In this document: one piece after another, positions 46,160 to 55,417 of the stretch
Layout of the letters: every line of letters begins with the position of its first letter
Numbering within the stretch: position 1 is the first letter of the stretch
Sequence record: MN871444.1
Length of the DNA stretch: 64,000 nucleotides
Reading direction: 5' to 3' (one strand)
Made by a program: the position numbers and the translations under genes
The notes under the pieces: generated by a model
Database searches by the model: none
The model's input: the letters and a program-made list of their open reading frames with translations, nothing else
Told to the model about the DNA's origin: nothing

Positions 46160-46460
46160 CATACCGCCCCTGGATGGGGCGTTTTATGTTGACCCGGTGG
46201 GGTGGAACATCAGTCATTTATTTAAACCTGATAAGTACTGCGGTCAGGATATTATCCCACTGACCCTCAGCATGGCGGTGAAACTCATTGAACAAAAATC
46301 AATGATTAATGTCCTTACTGTGGTGGTTGATAATAATCGTATCACTCACGCATGGATAAACATTGGCGTTGATTTAGATTCTATCCGGGACACTTTACGC
46401 GTTCCTGAGAATGAAACTATCCCCATTTCCTTTATTACGGAGAACAAAGACCATGAATGA
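46152..46460 (+). CDS. Hypothetical protein
   Basis: GTG start, coupled. Confidence 0.55.
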   Translation: MANIPPLDGAFYVDPVGWNISHLFKPDKYCGQDIIPLTLSMAVKLIEQKSMINVLTVVVDNNRITHAWINIGVDLDSIRDTLRVPENETIPISFITENKDHE

Positions 46461-46815
46461 ACAACAGTTGACTAGCATTCAACCCCGAGATATTGTCCCG
46501 GTGGCCGTACTTAAATTACTCTTCATCGAACTACCACCCAAAGATGGTGAGTGTGTGTGGGGCGTCGTTGAACAAACCGACAGATGTGGCGATGATTTAT
46601 TGCGGCGGGTCATGCCCCAAATAGGATTTCAACCATCCGAAATAGATGGCCTTGATTACCTTACCCTCACCGCAAATGCTTTTGAAGGTGGTCATTGCAC
46701 CCTAATGCCTGGCGATTTTATTATCGTCCACTCCAACGGTAGTTATAACTTCATCGTGGGTAAGGGTCTTACTGCAAGTATTCACGATGACCGTTTGGTC
46801 TTAACGGTAAATTAA
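46453..46815 (+). CDS. Hypothetical protein
   Basis: GGAG RBS; PGDFII motif. Confidence 0.55.
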   Translation: MNEQQLTSIQPRDIVPVAVLKLLFIELPPKDGECVWGVVEQTDRCGDDLLRRVMPQIGFQPSEIDGLDYLTLTANAFEGGHCTLMPGDFIIVHSNGSYNFIVGKGLTASIHDDRLVLTVN

Positions 46816-47429
46816 TGGGGGCGGCTATGTTACAATATCGTGGTGGTATCTTCCTCATCTCAGCAGAGCCGGCGCGCAGCCAGTTCATTGGTTACAGGCC
46901 TCGTACAGGGTGTATCGATAAGATACTCAGCCCGGTCGATGTCGCAGATTGGTTCGACAAGCTCCTCGGGCAATACGGCAATGAGCGCGTAGGTGGGCGG
47001 GCCATGTTCGAATGCAGTTATACCCCGGTCCCCGATCTGGATATGTCTGGGTACGCTGCCATGGTCGTTATTGACCTACCGAACGAACGGCTAAGGGTTT
47101 ATCTCGCGGAAGATATCAAGCTTCCCAAAAATAATAACGCGGCGTACGCTGCATGTTTGGCAATTCAGAAATGCGGCATCTTGCAGAATGGGTTATCTGG
47201 CGGGGCTGACACTCTGTTGACCTTAACCCTAGAGCAGCCATTGATGAAGCAATTCAACAAGCCGGTGCGTGTTGTTCGTAATCGTGGTGACGCGATTATT
47301 GCTGTCGCGTTGGGGTTATTGGGGAATGCTGGGTATCCATTTGCTAAGGCCGCAACCTCTGAGCATCCCCACAAACACTCATCTAGTCAACGTCGGTGGC
47401 GTCGTAACAATAACAAACGTACGGGGTGA
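46815..47429 (+). CDS. Hypothetical protein
   Basis: TAATG coupling. Confidence 0.55.
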   Translation: MGAAMLQYRGGIFLISAEPARSQFIGYRPRTGCIDKILSPVDVADWFDKLLGQYGNERVGGRAMFECSYTPVPDLDMSGYAAMVVIDLPNERLRVYLAEDIKLPKNNNAAYAACLAIQKCGILQNGLSGGADTLLTLTLEQPLMKQFNKPVRVVRNRGDAIIAVALGLLGNAGYPFAKAATSEHPHKHSSSQRRWRRNNNKRTG

Positions 47430-47435
47430 ACCCAC

Positions 47436-47657
47436 ATGAAATACTTATTTTCCTTGTTGTTAATCGCAATTACTTTTGGTACCTCTGCGAGCCCGGATTA
47501 TCCCGACGAGCATCGCTTTGTGCAATATAGCGTTCCGCATACTGCCGCGTACATCATCGTGGATACAAAAACGGGATGTGAGTATATCAATGGTTCAGGC
47601 ACTAGCTCATCGTACACTTTGGTGCAGGGTACTTGCAAAATACCGGAGAAAAAATAA
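47436..47657 (+). CDS. Small secreted protein (DUF6440-like)
   Basis: Signal peptide; YIIVDTKTGCEY. Confidence 0.6.
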   Translation: MKYLFSLLLIAITFGTSASPDYPDEHRFVQYSVPHTAAYIIVDTKTGCEYINGSGTSSSYTLVQGTCKIPEKK

Positions 47658-47936
47658 ATGGGTAAGGTGACGTATGAGATAGTCAAATGGGGTGACGCAC
47701 TTGGGTATGGGTGTGAAATAAAGGAAACCAATAAAGGGTGGTTTAAAACAATTACAAAAACGTGGACTTTGATTCCAAGCGGTATCGGGTCTGCCACTTC
47801 CCACGTATTTAGTAAATGGACCTGTGCAGAAACTGGTGAAAGCACGGGGGTTGAAAGGGACTTTCTTGGTGAAGCAGTATATCGCGCACGGTACTCTTTA
47901 ACCCAAACACCCATCCTTCTCAAGAAGGCAGACTAA
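47658..47936 (+). CDS. Tandem paralog 1 of 3
   Basis: YEIVKWGD..GYG...TWT. Confidence 0.7.
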   Translation: MGKVTYEIVKWGDALGYGCEIKETNKGWFKTITKTWTLIPSGIGSATSHVFSKWTCAETGESTGVERDFLGEAVYRARYSLTQTPILLKKAD

Positions 47937-48245
47937 ATGAGTAAAACAACCTACGAAATTATTAAGTGGGGTGATGAACGCGGGTACGGTTGCGTGGTTA
48001 AACAAATTACCAAAAGTTGGTTTAAAACGGAAACATTAACCTGGACGTTGATACCAAACCCCAACCCAACCTGCGGTAATGAACACCAATTTAGTCGCTG
48101 GACCTGCCTCGAAACTGGGGAAAGTATTCGCGTAGGCGAGTTGTTTAAAGTGGAATTGATATACGTGGCCAGATATTCATTGAGAAAAAATCCGATGATG
48201 CCAGTATTGTATCCAGACAGAGATAAGGATCAATGTTCATTGTGA
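47937..48245 (+). CDS. Tandem paralog 2 of 3
   Basis: YEIIKWGD..GYG...TWT. Confidence 0.7.
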   Translation: MSKTTYEIIKWGDERGYGCVVKQITKSWFKTETLTWTLIPNPNPTCGNEHQFSRWTCLETGESIRVGELFKVELIYVARYSLRKNPMMPVLYPDRDKDQCSL

Positions 48246-48282
48246 TTTATCGAAATATTTATCTTAAGTGATGGGGGGGGAG

Positions 48283-48552
48283 ATGTTTAAAAAATATAAG
48301 GTACTTAAATACGGCGATGCCCGTGGGGTAGGAGCAATCGTCCAAGAGACCGTCGGGTTTTTATGGCGCACCAAGGTACGTACCTGGACCTGTGTATCCG
48401 AACCTGGGTTTGAAGATGACCCGGATTTTGATCAGTGGGTGTGCAGAGAAACTGGACAAAGCATCGAGGCCGACCCTGTATTTGGTGAGGCCGTCCCAGC
48501 ATTCTATCGCGCGAACTATAACACTCGTAATAAGGAAGAAACGCATGTATGA
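48283..48552 (+). CDS. Tandem paralog 3 of 3
   Basis: YKVLKYGD..GVG...TWT. Confidence 0.7.
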   Translation: MFKKYKVLKYGDARGVGAIVQETVGFLWRTKVRTWTCVSEPGFEDDPDFDQWVCRETGQSIEADPVFGEAVPAFYRANYNTRNKEETHV

Positions 48553-48856
48553 CAACGTCCACGCCGTCCGTAGATTGAAACCCATTTCCGCCAGGGATTG
48601 GGTAAAAAGAAAATCGGAGGGGTTATTACTCTGCGACATTACCGATCCAGTAGCTGGTTATCCGGTACACAACGATCATTCTATCATGGGCGATATCGTC
48701 ACGAGCTATAATGCAGCAAGTGATAAAATGTCATATAGCTTTGGGAATCACCACCTATCCCCAGGTGATTTAATCGTCTTTTATGCTGACGGGCAAGTTG
48801 CGTTTATTAGTCAGTCAGCGGAAACATTGCATCTCCCGTATTTTAAATTGGTGTAA
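48545..48856 (+). CDS. Hypothetical protein
   Basis: AAGGA RBS; PGDLIV motif. Confidence 0.55.
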   Translation: MYDNVHAVRRLKPISARDWVKRKSEGLLLCDITDPVAGYPVHNDHSIMGDIVTSYNAASDKMSYSFGNHHLSPGDLIVFYADGQVAFISQSAETLHLPYFKLV

Positions 48857-48911
48857 ATTAAACGCACGATAGGCACGATATACGAGCTAAGCAAACCCAA
48901 GGAAAAAAATC

Positions 48912-49400
48912 ATGATCGATATCACCAAATCCAAGATGGCAATACACATTACCAATTCCGCAGATCTTCCGGTAGTGGGTCGGGTACAGTACGGTAATGT
49001 ATTTACCGACGACGGCCCTGAAAAAGGCGTATCAATCCACACTTCCCCGATTACCCGGTTGGAAGAGGTGGAGGGGAAAACGTTTGTGCGGACGCTGAGT
49101 GGTTCGGTGTATGAAGTTGTGTCGGATATCACCCCAGAAACCGACGGGAAAATCCAAACCCCACGCCAGCTTGCCGCGGACACCTACGATATCTGCAAAC
49201 AGTGGTCCAACAAACCAGACCTTCCTCGGATGGATGCCATAACTGGCGCCGTGCAGGATGTGTTATTACATTTCAGTTTTTCTGAAAACAATTCACGTAA
49301 TCGCCTGGTCGGCCATACCGTCGACGTGGAAATCAACAATGTTCTGTTGTCTTTCCACGACCTGAAAAAAGAGGCAGCGGATGGGTTAGCGGATGATTAA
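48912..49400 (+). CDS. Hypothetical protein
   Basis: AAGGA RBS. Confidence 0.6.
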   Translation: MIDITKSKMAIHITNSADLPVVGRVQYGNVFTDDGPEKGVSIHTSPITRLEEVEGKTFVRTLSGSVYEVVSDITPETDGKIQTPRQLAADTYDICKQWSNKPDLPRMDAITGAVQDVLLHFSFSENNSRNRLVGHTVDVEINNVLLSFHDLKKEAADGLADD

Positions 49401-49659
49401 AATCACATCGTATATTGCTGGCTTAGCCATTGCGGCGGCACTTGTGTTCATCAATGCGCCCACAGATAGTCAACTGGCGAAGGTCCTCGAAGACCAAAAT
49501 TACGCCAATATCGTTATTCATGGATATTCGTATTTTGGCTGCGGCCAGGACGTCTATTCGTATTCATTCACCGCAACACGGTTGGACAACGGCCGTACCG
49601 TAAACGGGTATCTCTGCAGTGGCATCATGAAGGGATATACCACCCGTCTGGAGGAATAA
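49393..49659 (+). CDS. Membrane-anchored phage protein
   Basis: N-terminal helix; GYSYFGC...F.A...V.G.LC.G..KG. Confidence 0.65.
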   Translation: MIKITSYIAGLAIAAALVFINAPTDSQLAKVLEDQNYANIVIHGYSYFGCGQDVYSYSFTATRLDNGRTVNGYLCSGIMKGYTTRLEE

Positions 49660-49661
49660 AA

Positions 49662-50099
49662 ATGGCTTCAAAAGAAGAAACAAAATCGTTTGTAACGGGC
49701 TTTGCCGTTGTGATTGGTATCGTGGCGTTGGGGGTTGTAATGTATGCCCTAACCCTAGGTATCCGCTATTTCCTGGCAGAGCCTGCAGGCAAGGTCCAGA
49801 TGGAAGAGTCTGTGACTTCCGGCAATGCGCAGATTTATTCCTACAATCATTTCTTCGACATGTGCGCTGCAGTTCAGGGGTATGAACAGACCCTGAAAGT
49901 ACAGCAGGCCATGCTGACGGATGCTACGGATGATAAAGCCCGCATTCGTTCGAACATCGCCGCGATCAGTGGAGCACGTTCCAGCCTGATCGCGCAGTAT
50001 AATGCCGATGCTGGCAAAATCAAAACCCTGGCTCGTTTTAAAGACGATAACCTCCCCAACCATCTTTCAGAAAGTGAGAACACCGTATGCGCACAGTAA
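49662..50099 (+). CDS. Membrane protein
   Basis: N-terminal TM helix; GGAGG RBS. Confidence 0.65.
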   Translation: MASKEETKSFVTGFAVVIGIVALGVVMYALTLGIRYFLAEPAGKVQMEESVTSGNAQIYSYNHFFDMCAAVQGYEQTLKVQQAMLTDATDDKARIRSNIAAISGARSSLIAQYNADAGKIKTLARFKDDNLPNHLSESENTVCAQ

Positions 50100-50626
50100 A
50101 TCGTAATCTCCTGGTCGGCTTCGCTTTGGCAACCATCGGGCTGTTCACCATGGGTAACACCGGATGTGATGACCAATCCAGTCGACAGCAAATGGCGCAG
50201 GAGCGTGAGTCCAATACTGATTCTGCTATTGTCGCAGTACCGGTACCAAAAATCCGTAACTACGCAGCCCGTGAAGCGGTGGCCCGCCAGGTCAAACGCA
50301 TGGACCAGGTGGGTAAACTCTACTACATCTACATGCTGGCCCAGAACGGGTCTATCATCGGATACTACGTTTCAGAAACCCGCCCGGTATCGGTATGTGC
50401 GGCGCTGACCCCGGTGGACGATGTCCAACAAAGCTCTAGTGGTAGCCTGGCAGTCACTAAAGCCCCAGGCCTGCAAGGTACTTACGGCGGCAGCGATTGC
50501 GATCGGTACTTCTTCTTTGATGCAGAAACTAAAGCGCTGGGTGAAGTTCCGTCAGCCAACATGTGGTGGTTTGACGCCCCGCTCGCGGTTAACGCACCTC
50601 AGTTCAAAGTTACCATCAGTAAATAA
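50087..50626 (+). CDS. Putative lipoprotein
   Basis: Signal peptide ending NTGC. Confidence 0.65.
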   Translation: MRTVNRNLLVGFALATIGLFTMGNTGCDDQSSRQQMAQERESNTDSAIVAVPVPKIRNYAAREAVARQVKRMDQVGKLYYIYMLAQNGSIIGYYVSETRPVSVCAALTPVDDVQQSSSGSLAVTKAPGLQGTYGGSDCDRYFFFDAETKALGEVPSANMWWFDAPLAVNAPQFKVTISK

Positions 50627-50635
50627 CATCATAAC

Positions 50636-50656
50636 GGGAGAGGCAAAAGCCTCTCC
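50636..50656 (+). terminator. Hairpin GGGAGAGGC-AAAA-GCCTCTCCC
   Basis: Perfect 9-bp stem. Confidence 0.75.
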
Positions 50657-50684
50657 CCAAATATACGCAAATAAGGAAACAAAC

Positions 50685-51311
50685 ATGCAACTCATGGCGA
50701 TGCAGTTCCCAAAAGGTCTGGGGAAATTCTACGGCGGCCAGCCTCTTCCGGTCACCGAATTTATTGCGAACTACACTACGCATAAAGCGATTCAAGAAAT
50801 GGACAACGATAACCATGCTTATTTTGTCCAGGGTGGCCGAGTAATTGGTGACCTGTACATGTACGATATCCATCCGGCCATGTATGAGGCAATGAATCGC
50901 CCAGGGGTGCATGTTCTGGCGGTAGGTCGGGCAACAAATATCATTGCTGGACTATGGTTCGCTGAACGTACGCACGCGTTACGGGCAATGCGCGATCCGG
51001 CAGTCAATACCGAAAACCCAGTCAAAATTCGCATCTCATTCCAACTGGACCCCCAAGCAGAAATTCTTGATGGGTTATTGACGTATCTGGAACGGCGTGG
51101 TATTGATGGGTACAGCATGCCGAAAGATACCGCGATGGAACAAACAATGGTATCGCTTTTCGTTAATCGCGCGTCGCAACATCATGCAGGTGGTATTTAT
51201 ACATCTGAGTCACATGACATGTGGGATTGTGTAATTGAATTTACTTCCGTTGGTGACGCACGTAAATTCTTGGCACGGATGCCACAAGTGATGGAACAGT
51301 TAATCAAATAG
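50685..51311 (+). CDS. Hypothetical protein
   Basis: AAGGA RBS with ATG 50685. Confidence 0.65.
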   Translation: MQLMAMQFPKGLGKFYGGQPLPVTEFIANYTTHKAIQEMDNDNHAYFVQGGRVIGDLYMYDIHPAMYEAMNRPGVHVLAVGRATNIIAGLWFAERTHALRAMRDPAVNTENPVKIRISFQLDPQAEILDGLLTYLERRGIDGYSMPKDTAMEQTMVSLFVNRASQHHAGGIYTSESHDMWDCVIEFTSVGDARKFLARMPQVMEQLIK

Positions 51312-51428
51312 GTTGCTTAGGTAACAATACCCCAACTCAAGCCATAACTGACTCAGAGTACCAGAAATTATTTAGTTAAATTAGCATGGGGTGGGAAAAC
51401 ACCCCACTTATATCCAGTGGGGGTAGAA

Positions 51429-51575
51429 ATGCTCAAGATAATGGAACAAATACTGGAAGAAGACGGCGTGGTCGCGGTTTATTCTAATGGTCATCGTGAA
51501 AAAGTACCTTATTTGATTGACGCTGAGGGGAATGAATACGTCGAACTATTTCCTGAAGACGTACCAACGCATTAG
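51429..51575 (+). CDS. Small acidic protein (48 aa, not in track)
   Basis: GGGGG RBS; MLKIMEQILEEDG... Confidence 0.5.
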   Translation: MLKIMEQILEEDGVVAVYSNGHREKVPYLIDAEGNEYVELFPEDVPTH

Positions 51576-51624
51576 TGGGTAGGTTGCCGATGACCCCCAC
51601 AACAGACAGTCAGGTAAGCAGCAT

Positions 51625-51650
51625 AAAGGGAGGGCGTAACCCCTCCCTTT
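51625..51650. terminator. Bidirectional hairpin at a convergent junction
   Basis: AAAGGGAGGG-CGTAAC-CCCTCCCTTT flanked by GCATA and TATGACG. Confidence 0.8.
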
Positions 51651-51672
51651 ATGACGTCTATTTTTTATTTGG

Positions 51673-53103
51673 TTACTGGCCGTCTGCGCCACAACAGGTA
51701 TTCAGCGCTACCGATAAACTTTCCAGGTCGGTATACACCACGACACCACAAACATTGGTAAGATATTCCTTAATTGCATCAATGGATGCTTGTTGTGCTT
51801 CCGACCAACTAGCGCCCGCATCGTCATTTAAAAAACAAGGATATAATCGTTTTGGGTCGCGAATAGCCAGATCGGTAAGCTCAACAAAACTGTAAAACCC
51901 AGTCTGACGAGGGGTGATGGTGAATACCACCGCGGTGGCAGTATCCTTTACCTGATTTTCTTTTTCGCGGGCCTGTTCATCCCAATCATCAACCACTGGG
52001 TTGAAATAAGGGTAGTTCAACAAAGGTATTAATTTTCCACGCCAGTCACTGTCGGCGTAAGTGCCGAACAACCCGATACAACACTCGGCACTGTCTGTTG
52101 CCGGGCGAGCCGACTCAAACTCTTCTAGGGTCACCTGCTTGTCTGTAAGTTGCGAATGCATCCATTTACTCACCGCATACAGGGTATCCGTCCATTCGGA
52201 CAAACTGAAATGTATTAACGCGGATTGGACCTCTGGAATGGCCTGATAATAGTAAAGCTCCCAGAGTTCTTCCCCGTAGTCTGAATCATATTCAAGATGA
52301 GTCCAAACCCCATAGTCACAACCACTACCCCCAATGGGTGCGTCTTCCCACAATTTTCCAATGGTGGCCAATTGTTCTACCATCAGTTTTGCAGCCTGAA
52401 TTATCCCGTCTGAGGATACTGCTTCGAGTTTGGTGCTATCAACTCGATAGTTATCGGGTCTGCCGATACGGTTATGGATGCCGGTTTTGGATACCGTATA
52501 TTGCACGCCCCCAACCAACATAGGGGAGGTAAAACCTGCCGCAAGAGGCTGTTTAAGCTTCTTGGCCTCCGAAATCATCCACGCCGCAGTGGCTTCAGGA
52601 GATTGCTTGCTAATCATGGTTTCTGCTTGTTTTTCCAAATTCCTTAATTTAAGGCAGTATGCGTTCATAGCAGACTGATGCTGTTGGATAATACTCCGCA
52701 CTATTTTTTCTTGTTGTCGTAGTGCTTCCAGTGGGGTACGGGCAACTTTTCCGTTTACAGACAACTGCATTGCCAATACCGGCGCTTGGATGGTACGAGG
52801 ATGTAAATTGTCCCCTACCCATTTAGGGTCAGTCCAATATTTGGTAATGCCCTGAACAGCCTTACCCACCCATTGGGTGCTATAAATCTTCTGGCCTTTG
52901 TCATCAACTAACTTGTGCGGGTCAGGGGATTTTTCTGCCCCCTTCATGGCTTTAGCTATGGCTTTGATGCCTTTGCCAATGCCATCAAAAATGACGTTAA
53001 CGCCCACTTCGATCCCGTGTTCTAAAGCCTTACCCCACTTGGCTTGTTCCAGAGATACCGTGGGACGGTTGATGTATGTTGACAGGCGTTTACGTTGGCT
53101 CAT
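51673..53103 (-). CDS. Putative virion head protein fused to a C-terminal nucleoside 2-deoxyribosyltransferase-like domain
   Basis: SLE/ALE/TLE maturation-site-like motifs; SDWRGKLIPLL..YFNPVVDDW...ITP..TGFYSFVE. Confidence 0.7.
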   Translation of the reverse strand: MSQRKRLSTYINRPTVSLEQAKWGKALEHGIEVGVNVIFDGIGKGIKAIAKAMKGAEKSPDPHKLVDDKGQKIYSTQWVGKAVQGITKYWTDPKWVGDNLHPRTIQAPVLAMQLSVNGKVARTPLEALRQQEKIVRSIIQQHQSAMNAYCLKLRNLEKQAETMISKQSPEATAAWMISEAKKLKQPLAAGFTSPMLVGGVQYTVSKTGIHNRIGRPDNYRVDSTKLEAVSSDGIIQAAKLMVEQLATIGKLWEDAPIGGSGCDYGVWTHLEYDSDYGEELWELYYYQAIPEVQSALIHFSLSEWTDTLYAVSKWMHSQLTDKQVTLEEFESARPATDSAECCIGLFGTYADSDWRGKLIPLLNYPYFNPVVDDWDEQAREKENQVKDTATAVVFTITPRQTGFYSFVELTDLAIRDPKRLYPCFLNDDAGASWSEAQQASIDAIKEYLTNVCGVVVYTDLESLSVALNTCCGADGQ

Positions 53104-53243
53104 GTTGAACAGGTCCTTATTAGCGAAGAGGAGTTAGTCATATGGTTATTACCCAAATGATACCCTATATTTTGTTTTCTTTTTACGGATGGACTGGATA
53201 ATAAGAGGTATTCCGTCCCCCCCCCACCATACAGGATGGACAC

Positions 53244-53549
53244 ATGTCAAAGAAAAAAAGGTTAGTGCTTCCGGTCAACGGCATTTATTTTGACCAGATG
53301 GTCGACGGGTCTAAGGTCTTTGAATTCAGACTACGCAATGAATACTGGTCAACTCGGTTAGTAGACCGGGAGTATGACGAACTGGTGATTACCCGCGGAT
53401 ACCCTAAAAACACAGAGTACAACAAACGACTGGTACTCCCGTATCTGGGTTATGAACTTCAGACCATCATCCATCCACACTTTAACAACATTCCGGTAGA
53501 CGTATATGCAATCATCATCGATCACAAACAACGCATCCTCGAAGTCTAA
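53244..53549 (+). CDS. ASCH/PUA-like domain protein
   Basis: YFDQMVDGSKVFEFR...YW..RL....YD..VITRGYP. Confidence 0.85.
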   Translation: MSKKKRLVLPVNGIYFDQMVDGSKVFEFRLRNEYWSTRLVDREYDELVITRGYPKNTEYNKRLVLPYLGYELQTIIHPHFNNIPVDVYAIIIDHKQRILEV

Positions 53550-53901
53550 AGTACTGGAAGAGGTTTTTCCTCGGTTAGACATAGAAACCAGCCGCTGGGG
53601 AGATCATTCCCTAGAAACCATCCACTCAATGAACGATACGTACCATCGCGTAGACGTTCGTTTAATTGCTCCCGGAACTACTACAGGTAATGGCGAACTT
53701 ATTGTAGTGCTGCACGCTAGTTTCTGGAAGAAAAAGAAACAATATAAGTATTATGAAATTGATCGCTCGGAGCGTACGGCTGTTAGGGTATTGGCCAACA
53801 GTATTGCGGCGGCATCGGATACCGCTATAGCCTGGTGGGAATCTAAGGAAGGATTGAATCTGGACGAGTATGATTATCAAACCACCTCATTTGAAAAATA
53901 A
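53506..53901 (+). CDS. Hypothetical protein
   Basis: ORF in array; start uncertain. Confidence 0.5.
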   Translation: MQSSSITNNASSKSKVLEEVFPRLDIETSRWGDHSLETIHSMNDTYHRVDVRLIAPGTTTGNGELIVVLHASFWKKKKQYKYYEIDRSERTAVRVLANSIAAASDTAIAWWESKEGLNLDEYDYQTTSFEK

Positions 53902-53909
53902 CAAAAACG

Positions 53910-53918
53910 TATATTACT
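53910..53918 (+). promoter_or_regulatory. Early promoter motif TATATTACT
   Basis: Exact intergenic motif upstream of 53941. Confidence 0.7.
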
Positions 53919-53940
53919 AATTGGACAGCTATCGCACTAA

Positions 53941-54444
53941 ATGGGGTCACACATGCTTATCGTCAACAACAACAGCAATTCCGTGTATATCACTGCAATA
54001 ACCCCGGTCGTCGTTATTGCAGAAACTTTAGGGGTGCCAGTAAATAAATTATATCCTACTCTTGAAAAGATGGTAAGTCGAGATTGGACTCTATGTTTTA
54101 CCCACCTGTCCACTGTAGAAAACGAGCCTCCCGTAAGCGTCAAACGACTAACCGGAAAATGGGAAGTGGGTTCAACGAATAATTTCTCTTTATTTGATGG
54201 CAAAATAGCGGTTGAGGGAATCTTCGATCAAAAAGCCGTAGCTGAATTGGGTTTGGTTGAGGCCGACGAGTTCATGGTAATACCGGTGGTAAAAGCCATC
54301 ATACTAAAAAACAAATTTCATGTAGGTGAATTTAATCTCACCCACAACGTGGCCGGCGGCATGCACGCTTTTTTAGATTTGCTTGCGTTACTTGATTTGG
54401 ACTATCGATTAACCATAACTGATTTTGAAATAGTGAGGGTGTAA
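53941..54444 (+). CDS. Hypothetical protein
   Basis: ORF after promoter. Confidence 0.6.
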   Translation: MGSHMLIVNNNSNSVYITAITPVVVIAETLGVPVNKLYPTLEKMVSRDWTLCFTHLSTVENEPPVSVKRLTGKWEVGSTNNFSLFDGKIAVEGIFDQKAVAELGLVEADEFMVIPVVKAIILKNKFHVGEFNLTHNVAGGMHAFLDLLALLDLDYRLTITDFEIVRV

Positions 54445-54445
54445 A

Positions 54446-54916
54446 ATGATTACTGAAATTATTCAGGGGTTAGTTGTCATGGGTTCTAAAGACATCGTCC
54501 TGTTAAACCCCAACAGCCTCGATGATTTTGCCAGACGGAAAATCATCCCGCTATATTTGGGAGTAACGGATTATGAAAACCCGGCACTCAAACAAGAACC
54601 AGCTCACGAATACATCAGGAATATCTTTGCCGAAATACCCGACGTTGATGACGATACTTATATCGGCAACCTATTTAATTTTCGATTTGTTGACAATCAA
54701 CTGCAGGCGGATTTGTCGGTATCGACCAAGTTCAAGCGTGAGACGGTATTGCGGGCATTGTCGAGCTTTCGATACAACAAATTCAAAACCGTGGCACGGT
54801 TCATACCCATCGCTAGGGGCGGCCGGATTACTACCATGTGTCAACATAACTCGCGGGTTACCGATGGCACCGTATACGACGTCCGGTTAACTTCTTTTCA
54901 TTTTACCTGGCGATAA
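54446..54916 (+). CDS. Hypothetical protein
   Basis: GAGGG RBS. Confidence 0.6.
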   Translation: MITEIIQGLVVMGSKDIVLLNPNSLDDFARRKIIPLYLGVTDYENPALKQEPAHEYIRNIFAEIPDVDDDTYIGNLFNFRFVDNQLQADLSVSTKFKRETVLRALSSFRYNKFKTVARFIPIARGGRITTMCQHNSRVTDGTVYDVRLTSFHFTWR

Positions 54917-54959
54917 TTTACGATTCATCCAAACAGTATACTTCTAAGAGGAAAATACC

Positions 54960-55388
54960 ATGGCTGATATTAACATTACGGTAAGTGGCTTACCCAATAA
55001 AGGCAAATCAGTTATAGTTGCGGAAATTGTGACTCACTTGAGATCCTTGGGTGTAAATGTTACTTTTCAGGATTTTGAAGGAGAAGAATGTATTCAGGGA
55101 CTTCTCGATTCTCCTGACCTGAGGGATTTGTGTCTGGGAAAACTCATTCAACGCGGTGCAAAAATCCATACTCGAGAACAATACATCTATCGCGGGCAAG
55201 AATCTATCCCCATAAGTTCGGCAGATTGGCATTGGGTTCCCGTACCCTCCGCAGAAAACTCAATGATGTACCTGAATTCTGGTTACGTTATTACTCATAA
55301 AAAAGATGGGAGTAGATACCGCAGTAGCCGACCAGTTGACGGACTACTCCGCGACGATCCATTTGCCGATTTACGCAGATTCGCATAA
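54960..55388 (+). CDS. Hypothetical protein
   Basis: GAGG RBS; GLPNKGKS Walker-A-like start. Confidence 0.55.
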   Translation: MADINITVSGLPNKGKSVIVAEIVTHLRSLGVNVTFQDFEGEECIQGLLDSPDLRDLCLGKLIQRGAKIHTREQYIYRGQESIPISSADWHWVPVPSAENSMMYLNSGYVITHKKDGSRYRSSRPVDGLLRDDPFADLRRFA

Positions 55389-55417
55389 TTTCATTCACCC
55401 ATAAAGGTATTTAGTAC

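Noticed and set aside
48401-48410. AACCTGGGTT core match to the inversion site
   Set aside because: A 10-bp match inside an unrelated CDS with poor flanks is plausible by chance in 64 kb.
53217-53225. C9 tract in a divergent intergenic region as a phase-variation element
   Set aside because: A single homopolymer with no evidence of length variation or position within a promoter.
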